Below are positions 14,601 to 25,669 of a DNA stretch of 64,000 nucleotides, one piece after another. Made by a program: the position numbers and the translations under genes. The notes beneath the pieces are model-generated. The model had not been told where the DNA came from. It made no database searches and worked only from the letters and a program-made list of their open reading frames with translations. The DNA is from Trichoplax adhaerens (Eukaryota; Animalia; Placozoa): the NCBI RefSeq assembly GCF_000150275.1, contig NW_002060943.1, forward strand, positions 367,077-431,076. The letters are read 5' to 3'. How positions within the stretch are numbered: the stretch's first letter is position 1; each line of letters begins with the position of its first letter.

Positions 14601-17186
14601 TGGTGGTATTGCGGAGACAATAAAAATGGATGGGGAAGATTACTCGGATGATAATAACCGCGATCAATTGTTTAAATTAATGGATAAATCTATGGATCGT
14701 CATGCGCTTATATGTTGCTCTATTAGGGTAAGTTTTTACACACCGAAATGGCGTAAGCTGCAGCTTAAAAATATAATCGGTAATCTTTGTAGGACACGTT
14801 ATAGACAGTGTTACATAATCCTCCTAGATAAATAGCTTGATTTTTAATTTAAGACTCTAAATTATCATATTTCATATCTTAATAAATGCTAAGACGGCTG
14901 ATCAAACGAAAAGAGAAGAAAGGACTGACATGGGTTTGATACTGTTACATGCTTATGGTGTGACAAAAGTCACAAATGTAGGTTTAAAGTCAAAATTTGA
15001 ACTTCTGCTATAACAATCTGCTCTATCATTTGAATTTATTACTATCTCATGCCTTAATGATTTTATCTTTAATACATCCGACGTACGTGATATGATCTTA
15101 AATTTTTAAAACAGATAAATATTTTTGAAGTTCTTTAATGGATTAATATAATATGACATTTTATATTTTATTTTTATTCTTAGTTTAAATTAGGAGAAGG
15201 CTTGCGATCCTTTTTTCGATCTGAAAAGGTTCCTATGGTTCGCATGAGAAATCCATGGGGCAAAGGTGAATGGAAAGGTGCCTGGAGCGATGGGTATGTC
15301 TGCATAAAGTGATAATATTCTGCTACAAGTTATAATGAAATTCTATCATTTGCTTTTCCATCACATTTAAAACTCTACATGCAATAAGTAATAATTAATT
15401 AATCATAATGTATTAGTTCTGAAGAGTGGAACAGGGTCAAGAAATCTGAACGAGAAAAGGTTGGATTAACATTTGAGGAGGATGGAGAATTTTGGTAAGC
15501 ATAAATATCTCTGATTTGGCTATGTAACTGCACGGATGCTTTCGTGATTATTCATAAATGTAGCCTTATCTTGATTTAAGAAAAAAAGTCTGATTTTATC
15601 CGTAAATTACTTGTTGAAAGTTGACAAAGTAAAATTGTGTACCATAGTATGTAAAAAGATTTAATTAAAATTTGTATTCTCCTTTCCAGGATGTCCTTTG
15701 AAGATTTTACGAAATACTACACCCATGTAACAATTTGTCGCGTTATCAACACTTCTTTTATGACTATTCATAAAATTTGGAAAGAATCCACTTTCCACGG
15801 ATGTTGGTCCACGTCTGCCAATAGAGCGGGTGGTTGTATTAATAATCGGGCAACGTTTTTACAAAATCCACAGGTAAGATAGGACACTAAATTTCTATGA
15901 TGCCATTTCTATGTTGATAGTAGAAATCACTGAAAAAGGTTAATAACAGCTATATTATATTGCCCACAGTACGCTTTCGATGTTACTGACGGAGAATACG
16001 GCACAACTGTGATAGCATTGATGCAGAAAGATAAACGATTAGAGAAACGCTCAGGTCATGGCGAAAATCTAAGTATAGGCTATTATATTATGAAGGTATG
16101 GACTAAACTACTTAGGCCTCATCTTACGAATAATGCAATAATATACAGTTATGTTGCTAAGTCAGACTTATGATAATGAATTTCCTACTATAGGTTGCAG
16201 TAAATCGAAATTATCGACTACATACAGTAAATCCCAAAGCTGCTGATGTAACTTACAGCAATTCGAGAGAAGTTACTGGACGATTTGAACTGGAAGCAGG
16301 TAGATACGTTATTATTCCCAGCACCTTTCAGCCAGGAGAAGATGGTGAATTTTTGTTGCGGATGTATACGGAAAATAGTGCTGGCGCAAAGTTAGTTAAA
16401 CATTTTAGATGATTAGATCTTTCTAAATTTTAGTGAATTTACGTATTACTTTGGTGACCATAATTTGGAATTTTTGCTTTACGTAGAGAGCTAGTAAAGA
16501 GTTCTCCTACTGGCGGCGGTTTTTGTGGTTGTTTCAGCAAATCACCGGTAGCAATCGTTCAAATTGATGCTATTGCAGCAAAGGATTTGAGTAAAAAAAA
16601 TCGTAGCGGCGTTGGTTAGTCTTTCTCCTAAAGATAATTGCTTAATGAGCAAGTCGATCATCTCCCACTCTTTATTTTACATGGTATAATTGTATTTTAT
16701 AGGTGCTAGTCCGTATTGCATTATTAAATGTGGCAAAGAGTCAGTCAGAACTCCAGTTATCAAAGAAACTTTGAATCCAAAATTTGATGCTTCGGCCATT
16801 TTTTATTTGCGTAATCCTAATTCTGCCAAAGCTGTAATCGAGGTATGGTTTATATCAGTTTGTAGTAAATGATTTGCACCTTACCAAAGACGCGGGTATA
16901 GATGTAGATCGATAAAATCAGCTTGTTGCTTAAAATAAATTGTTACTCTCTGATAATAATCTAAGATACAATGGCTATTTATATCTTCTAGATATGGAGT
17001 AAAGGTACTGTTATGGATTCTTTTATGGGAAAAGCCGAGATAGCAGTAGAATTGAATCGTAATAAAGTTTGTGATGATTTACCCTTGTTTTCGAATAAGA
17101 AGCCCAAGAAAAATGAACAGCCAGAAAAAGAACCTGGCACGTTATCAGTTAAAATTAATTGCTCAGATAATCTTGAGGAATTATAA
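11643..17186 (+). CDS. CAPN5: Calpain-5/TRA-3-type cysteine protease (CysPc, CBSW and C2 domains), 13 exons
   Basis: Catalytic Cys motif [13 protein letters not shown] (~13910), [24 protein letters not shown], His motif LHAYGVT (~14948), Asn motif RNPWG (~15250), domain [20 protein letters not shown]. The C-terminus is C2-like ([26 protein letters not shown]) rather than penta-EF-hand, which defines the CAPN5/6 class. Confidence 0.9.
12149..12484. repeat. Tandem duplication (2 copies of ~170 bp) in calpain intron 1
   Basis: GTTAATGTAATTTAATAA...ACAATACATCGTAGGCATCGTCAAT...GTAGAAAA occurs at ~12149-12307 and ~12322-12484. Confidence 0.85.
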
Positions 17187-19049
17187 ATTATTCATTTACT
17201 TTCTGAATGTTGTTCTCATACCGTACCATATATTGGCAACAGTATAGTGAGATCGTTTAAAAAAATTATTCGATCTGAGAATCTATAACTACCAAACTTT
17301 GAGGTGTCAATAGTTGCAGCATTTTGTCCTGTCACAGTTCCTAAATGAACTTTACTTACTCTTGGCCAAGTAATAGCGATTATGGTGTAATACTAACAAG
17401 ACGTTGGAGTTATTTTTTGATTGCCTAAGGATACTATAAGTCTATTTAGTTCGCATCACACTTTAAGATTGGTGTCTTGTATTGACTCTACGTCTTTGCT
17501 GGTGCTAAAAGGATACGATCGGCAAATGAAAGACTTGGTTTTTGTTGCTGCTACGTAAAATACTATTCGTTTACAGTATATGTCTTTTGATGAAGATTAC
17601 CTTGATCAAGTCATGCTATTAATTAATTAATATACTTTGCTATTTACATCTATTTACTAAAAGTAAATTATACTTCATTCTAATGCGTTTGTTTAAAGGA
17701 TTACAATTATTTTCTATCATTTCCTTTGGTTACAATGATAAAGAGATGGGTATAGTAACGAGAGTTAACGTAATTTGTCATACCATTTATAATCAAATGA
17801 CATAATTTTGCTTGGTCAATGTTAAGAATGTTGCACATCTATGTAATGTATGTATTGCGTTTTAAGTTGGCATTGTCATCTTAACATTATTAACTGAGCC
17901 TCATCAATCAATAAATAGAATACAAACAGTCATCCTTTTTGAATTATTACAAACACTATAGCGAAGTGGACATAACAAATCATGCGTTTGCTCGTCAGTT
18001 TATGTTTATAGTGGCGATGGCATGGTTGAGTAATGGGTAGGTGGAATACCAGTTCACCTTTTGTATCTGAATGAGTTAGCTAGCTTGAAGATGAGATTCA
18101 AGGTATGCATCAGGTCCAGACGAATTTTGCAGTCCAAATGCGTCCGTACTGTATACTATACGAATGTAGATAGTCATTGGCATATGCAAAATCATTTCAT
18201 AGTACAGTATTGTGTAAGCTACTTTTGAGCCTAGAGATGGAGGATGCCAAATTTTGCAAATCGTTGCACATTTTATTTACGCCACAGCTTGCATATCTAT
18301 TGTCATGGTCTTATCCTTGTATCATGGCTTTCATACTCCATACAGTACAGTACAGACTGTACCGTATACCGAGTGTACAGCATGACACTTTTTTCGTTAG
18401 TGACATCATTTTTGCTGAAGATGAAGGTCTTATTACAGTTACAACTGTTCATGGTTTGTAAAAGTTTACGGTACTCCAATTGTGTGAATCTGCCATGGGA
18501 TCTCTATCGACAGTACTGTATATTGCAGAGTAGAATAATATTCTTATTTTTAGTACAGCAGAGTCCTGCATGGGTTGAGTCCAGTACAAGCTATTGGTGA
18601 CATTATTTTTACTCGGTCTGTCCATTCATGGACAGTCCGTCCAGGACACATGTAGATTATTATAGAAGTCCCTGGAGATTATTGTTGCACTGTACAGTCC
18701 AAGTGACATTGGTTTTGCTCGAAATAGATGGCTTGCGTTCATCAGTTGAAATATTACTGGAACGATTGAGTGGCATGGCATGCATTTGAAGATCATTCAT
18801 GTGATTTTTACATCATTTTAATTGTAGTTGAGTCGCTGCTAGAGTTGCTAACTTCTAGAAAAATTGCCATTTTTTCGGTACCGTCGTCTATAGGTTTATA
18901 CAACAAGTCTAGGACAATTTATGGCAGTAGCTGTGTAATGTAGTAGTACAGTATAGGATGAAAACAATATCAATGTCGATTTGATATTACGAGCGTAAAA
19001 TGAATTGAATGCGGTAAATTATCCGGTTTGGTATATAGTACCGTGGACT

Positions 19050-20000
19050 ACTAAATAATTGCTGGGAAGTATGTAAGGTAAGTAGTTGATGGCAGCACTG
19101 AGTAGAGAGAAAACGCCAACAAGGCAAAAATAATGTCATTGCTGGAGTGTACAGTGTACAGTACAAAAGGAAATCATTGCTGGTGCACAGTAAACGTGCT
19201 GTACAGTACTGTGTACTGTAAGTGGATTTTGTGCTAGTCTGGACATTATTTCAGTACCGCACACGTATTCTAGTTCATGGGGGAGTTTTTTAATGCGCAG
19301 GCGTAATTAGGCACAATAATAACCTTGTGCATGAAAATGTTCATCACGTGGTACCCTGGCCACGTGACGTACGTGATAAGTTATAAGTTATATATATAAC
19401 CCTACTGGACATCATGTCCGACTGCCAATTCTGGTGATTGATTGCTACAGTACTGAACTAGATACTGTGCTAGTCTGGATATCCACGACTGCCAATTCTG
19501 ATGATTGCTACAGTACTGTACTGTATTCAGGTCTACTTGCTGGGTAGTATGGAAGTAGTCGATGCCAGTACTGAGTAGAGAGAAAACGCCAACAAGGCAA
19601 AAATAATGTCACTGCTGGCCTGTACAGTGTACTGTACACTGTACACTGTACAATACAGTACAACAGGAAATCATCGCTGATGCAACGCAAATGTACTGTA
19701 ACTGGATACTGTGCTAGTCTGGATATCATGTCCCACGACTGCCAATTCTGGTGATTGCTACAGTACTGTACTGTACTAAATACTTGCTGGGAAGTACAGT
19801 ACAGTATGTAAGGAGTCGATGCCAGTACGGAGTAGAGAGAAAACGCCAACAAGGCAAAAATAATGTCACTGCTGGAGTGTACACTGTACAGTCTACAATA
19901 CAGCAGGAAATCATCGCTGTTGTACAGTAAATGTACTGTAACTGGATACTGTGCTGGTCTGGACATCATGTCCCACGAGCAATTCTCGTGATTGCCACAG
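19050..20000. repeat. Tandem array of ~240-bp units (three near-complete copies plus partials)
   Basis: AGTAGAGAGAAAACGCCAACAAGGCAAAAATAATGTCA occurs at ~19101, ~19574 and ~19831. The GGA(T/C)ATC...CGA anchor occurs at ~19407, 19477, 19721 and 19961. Confidence 0.9.
19252..19407. mobile_element. Putative short non-autonomous insertion (MITE-like) nested in the tandem array
   Basis: A ~156-bp segment absent from sister copies, with CAGTA...TACTG ends, flanked by GACATTATTT and GACATCATGT (8/10 match). Other copies contain this decamer once. Confidence 0.45.
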
Positions 20001-20358
20001 TACAGTACGGTGCGACACGGCACGGTACGGTACGGTACAGTACTGCCTTGACCTGACTCCGTACCTGTACAGTACAGTACTGTAGCTGCAGTTGCGTCAT
20101 TACTCTACTGTACAGTACAGTTGTACAATGTACAGTACAAGCTTGACTGGCGACGACAGTACTGAGTACTGTCGTCGCAAACGCCCCATCCAGTACTGGA
20201 CAACGCCTAGTGTTGAAGTACAGTGTACAGTGTACAGTACAACCATGAAGTCCAATCCACTTTATACGGTACCGTATTATTATACTGGGTCGACGAGATT
20301 CTCCATCATTCTTTACTGGACGTGGATTAGCAACTTTTTGGCTGATCTGGAGACCAAT

Positions 20359-23300
20359 ATGGCGTGTCAAAATTGGCGTAAACTGCTGTTGATTGCTGTG
20401 ATTATTCAGGCCATTTCAGGTACAGTCGGCTAGAGTAATTCTTCTTGTAATGGATGAGAAATGGATCATTTTTTCTACAAAGAGAATGTATCTTCTCTGT
20501 GATGGATTTGTCAATCAGGATAGTAGTTTATATGGGTAGATATCGGCCATCAGGCACAAACTCCATTTCTACACCTACTCAACCATGCAAGGAAAGAGAC
20601 AACACACTTCCCTTTTTGACATACTGTATCTTGTTAGACGTTAGTCTACTGCTTAAACTATTTACATCAACTTCTCTTGATCGATGTATGGCATTACTAT
20701 GTCATTATTATCAGTACCCCAACAGATGGTAACATAGTCGGATTGACGATTGGCATTTCTTACCTTCATGATCGTCTTGAAAATCTAGTGGTCAATCAAT
20801 AGTGTAGTCGGGGCATTTTTGCTATGCAAATCCAACTCTTGACGTCAATTAAAGTAGAAGGTGTACAATATTCTTACAGTCTGTTATCCTTCTACCTTTT
20901 CAAATCGATTGTATATCAATGATTGCTACATTTGAAAGAGTATCACTTGATGATAGCAAATGGCCAAGCGATACGAGTAGTGGCACGGTACATGACTACG
21001 CTATTGTACGCGTATTCTACAACTTGATCGTGATCATAGTAATGCATCCATTGGATCCATATTTTAATCAATTGTTTGCATAACACTGTACTTTTATTCA
21101 ACTTGAACGCGATACGATAATGATCTTGAGAAAATTGCTGCAATATTGAATGATTTGCAATACAGCCATTGATTCTATACAGTAGAATGACAGTGAATAC
21201 AGTAGAGTACTCGATGAGTTCTCGCAACGGATTGAACCGCACTTGCAATGGATTTTATTCCTACTGTTTTCATCTCATCCATATTCTGAATTGACTACGC
21301 AATAATTTTCTTTTTCTTTTGAATCCAATACTGTCTTATTCCATCGTATCTGGGTCCAATATTAATAATAATTCCAAGATTTTCACGATATGAAGGATTC
21401 AAGGGGTAGAACAATTTTACAAAAGTCCAAGCGTACGCCAACCATTTTGAAAATGGTTGTACTATACAGCATCACTGCTAAATTGGGATATTCCATACTG
21501 CCAGTAGCTTTGTGTACCGATGAATGGTATACTGAATAGGACGGTACGGACAGAGTTTACTTTCTTGACCACCAAATGTAGAATAGCCATAGTAACGCAC
21601 TACTGGGATAGTACAGTATAGTTTGGTAGATGATAAATTGAATCGATTCCCATAGTACTGGCCTACAGCTGCATCATCTGCCTTATTAGCACAGTATTAT
21701 ATGTTACTTCGCTAACCTTTCTTCCAATAGTTTAACGATCTATTACTAAATGAATCATTTACTAACCGCTTCAATCAAATTATTATACTAATGTATTAAG
21801 CGATCAATTGTAATCTTTGTCTTGTTTGGATTCCTGCCTGACTTGCGACATACAAGTGAAAAACATCCAACATCAGTTGGATTAAATTGGATGATATTTC
21901 TTTTGATAGGTCCATGTGTAGCTTTAGACCTTCAGAATGTCCTAGTCGTAGAAACACCGAAAAAGGTATTTATACATACGTGTATGCAATATGCTTGTAC
22001 ATACTATGCATTGACAGCAATAATACAGTATACTAGCTTGAGCTTTCAAGTCCTGGTGGTGACATATGCCGAGTTAACGCTGACTATGATACGCCTTATG
22101 GCTGCTTCAAAGTCTTCATTTTGGGGATATCGAACCAAATCGGCTATAGAATAATATACTGTACGATGGATAGTATGTATATTATTACTGTATATAATAC
22201 AATCTATAATGAAGATGCTTAGTAATAGATAGGAATACTCTTGTATAGGATATGGTCAACTAGATCACTGTAGTATGGATAGGGTAAGAAGTTCTACTAG
22301 TATTTAGTCTTGCTAAAGAAGTGTAGATGATTGTCACTCCAATCCTAGTAGTAATTTCGCTGTCGATACTATTCGTTATATGTCCTTATCAATAGAGGAC
22401 TACGGTATAGCTGTTTACGAAATGGTTATCAGCGGATTAATGTTCTATTATAAAGTAGACATTAGCAATTTCATTGAATACACTGATACAGAGTGCAATT
22501 TATATTCTAATTTTGGCGTCTTAATATTCTATTTTTGCATTGTACCCGTAGTTGGGCTACTACAAATACTTAACTTTTGTATATCGGCTATTGAAAGTTT
22601 AGTTATGTAGTACTGTTAATGTAGATATACATACGGTTAAAACTATTGCAGCATGTATGCAACAATAATCTCTACTAACCATCATTTATTCAAATCTCCT
22701 ATTCAATAGAATGAGGAACCTTCCAAGCTTACAATTGTCCATAAACCCGATAGCGTGAGCATGGTTAAAGAAATACAATCAATTCCCGCTCATGATATTT
22801 CGCCCGTGATCACTTTAGCTTTGGGTTTAACGCCAACCCAGGTAAGACGGTGTTTTAGGCATATACTGTACGCTTTATGACTTACTGAACGTAAGTAATT
22901 TATAATCGAAATTTAGCTCGAGCAAATTGATAGCTATTCTACTTGTTTATTAGCTAATTCTTTAGCTTGAAGAAATCGATATCATAATGATAGAATTTTG
23001 TAGTCTACCTTGTTGACTAAGATCACGGAAAAGAATCGATTTCACAATATTATGACATAATTCTATTTGAAACTTAGGGAGTCCATTGGAAAGGATTACG
23101 AGTTGGCAATATCTTTAAAAGACCATCCGCAAACGTTTTAATTGCGGTTACGGATGTCCCAATTGGTAAAAAATGTTACAAAGTATCATCTGTAATTTAC
23201 GCTATATTATATCAGACCATGTTAATTCGATTATTGCCATCATAACTTTAGATAATAAATTTGGAATCGATCATTCCTACACGTCTTACCGAGTTGATGA

Positions 23301-25669
23301 GGTAAATTTGCTACCTGTTCCAATTAAAAAATTCATCATATTGGTCCTGCTTAGCAATTACTTTACGCGTATGCTAACATTTTGAAATTTATATTGTTAT
23401 AGTCGGCGAAGACCGTTACTGGAAACGCCTTTTTGGACATGGTACATGGCCCCAATAAGGAAAACGTTGCTACTTACGTTTCCAACGTTTTCGAGAAAAA
23501 ACCCTTAACTGTATCCATATCAGCAAGCTACGAGGTGTGATATAGTAACCAGTAGAAAGTTACCGTTACTTCTTGAAAGTACTTAAAGTCAATTCTATGC
23601 AAACTACAGTGATTAGAATACTAAAACAATCGTAAAATGTATGTTGAAATTGCAGGTCGCTCAAGCTGGTTTCGGAAATCAAGGGAAAAGTTTTTCGATG
23701 TTCCTCGATGGCTTGGTGCGATTATTATTATTGCTTTTCTTTATATCTTTTAACAAACTTACAGTATCATGCTAATTATGATATTTATCATCAAATTTTA
23801 GGACGAAAAATTCCATGTTGCTTCACCATCAGATGATCATCTCTTTGATTCCCTTTCGGCATCGAAAGAGGCTGTGAGTTATTAAAATTGTGTGCATTGG
23901 CACTGTATTCATAGCAGCTACTAACTTAGATTTATCATGATAATTGTAGACCCTTAAGGAGTTTGAAAAATTCAACTTTGGCAAAGGTATGCGAGAGTTT
24001 TTATATGAATTAGTACTACATCCTTTAGTAATCAAAATGTATCTTATTACAGATGTACACTTCAATGTGGAGAAAAAATTGATGATCGTTACATTACCTG
24101 ATGATAAAAAAATTCCTTTCGACATGAATAAAAGGGTAAGACGCCTGTGTACTGTTAAAGTCTACTTACGGTAGATTTTTAAAGTATGTTTGAGAATTTG
24201 ACTGCAAAATTTTTAATCAGTAATTGTAAATACTAAAGAGTTGATAATATTGCTGTATTTTTATAGTCTGATTACATTTTCTTTGCCGAAATATTCACCA
24301 TGTTAAAGTCTCTTGAGATTGTAAGTGTACTACAAAATTGCATCAATATTTGACCATATTAACACACTTTATCGTAGTAAACAAGATATTCTTGATGTAG
24401 ATTAAGGCAAACAAAGATTTGATCCATGATGATGCTCCTGATGTATATACCTATTCAATTAGTTCAATCAAGGTAAAAATAACTGTTGGACGAAGATATT
24501 AACATTTAACTGTATTTACATATTTATTTTATTTTATTGTTCTAAATTGCTAATGCGTATGGATAGGCTTTAGATATGGAACATGGTAAAGATTCCAATC
24601 AAGTTCATGCTGCCATTCGAGTTTTACATCATGTTGTACCTAAGGTAAATTGAATATGAACCATATCATATCAGAGGCCTATCTAACTTTGCTATGTCAT
24701 ATGCAAACAGATTTATAAATCTTTTAATGAAATGTATGATGGTGAGGCTCTAATAGAGCTTCTAAGTCGCGGAAGCAGCGGGTAAGACTTGTATTTCCAC
24801 AAACTACTAACATAACTTCAGTAGCGTGCTGTTAGCCTGATCAAAATTTTATTCTAAACATCATAGACGATTGGTTTTCGAACGACCCGAACAAGCCAAA
24901 AAAATGTATGAGCATGTCAAGCCTCATCTTCATGTACAAGTATGTTTTTCAATTTTAAATTTTGCATCAATACATCTTGCGGCGCCAACCACAAGTCATA
25001 TCTAAACCTTTGTCCATTTTTAGCATGAGCAAGACTTTCGCCATCGCCTTCCTTTCATCCACCTAAAAAAGAATCTTGTATGAAATTTTTAGATTGCTGT
25101 CTGTTTGTTTATCGACCTGAAGCCTTTTCACTTTATTTCGCTAATACTTAATTCTTATTATTTAAGGGTACTAATATGGTCAATGGTATTTGCCATTCAT
25201 TGAACGGTTTATTGAATTTATTTGGTTCTAAAGCTAAGGTATGCACGAACAAGTATTTCCAAGTTTAGAGTTAAGATTTGACTACTAATATCAATGAATT
25301 ACAGATTGATTGTCACGGGCAATCTTCTGATGCACGTGTTGGTAGATCATTGATGGCCGCTGCAACAACAAATAGTCCCCTTACCGTAAGTTATTAATGC
25401 TCTAGTAACCTTATTACAATATTAGGCTGGTCTTTGATGGTCAACTTCTATTTATTTCGTATATTAAATAGGAAAAGAACTTTTTGAAAAGATTGAACAT
25501 TTCACCAGTTTATACATCGGATTATCCAGTTATTTTCAATATTATCTTGTGGTTGATGATAATCCTCGCTATCGGTCTTTACGTAACTGCTGCTGTTATG
25601 TGGGACATGGATCCTGGTCGTGATAGCATCATTTACCGAATGACTAGTCAGCGCATCAAAACCGACTAA
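20359..25669 (+). CDS. ATP6AP2: V-ATPase accessory protein 2 / (pro)renin receptor, about 19 exons
   Basis: Signal-peptide exon 20359-20419 (MACQNWRKLLLIAVIIQAIS). N-terminal motif WKGLRVGNIFKRPSANVLI, RVGR furin-like site, and diagnostic C-terminus YPVIFNIILWLMII...WDMDPGRDSIIYRMT. The second exon is ambiguous (21910-21965 or ~22249-22283). Confidence 0.9.

Noticed and set aside
19050-20000. Possible CRISPR-like or spliced-leader/snRNA array (ATTTTTG resembles an Sm site)
   Set aside because: The context is eukaryotic, whole units are homologous with no unique spacers, and no recognisable snRNA or leader-donor structure is present.
19508-20370. ORFs of 62-171 aa across the repeat array
   Set aside because: They are by-products of the 240-bp period and TACAG pentamers (YCTVQYS-type translation), with no domain. 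Only the end of ORF 20092-20433 is real (ATP6AP2 exon 1).
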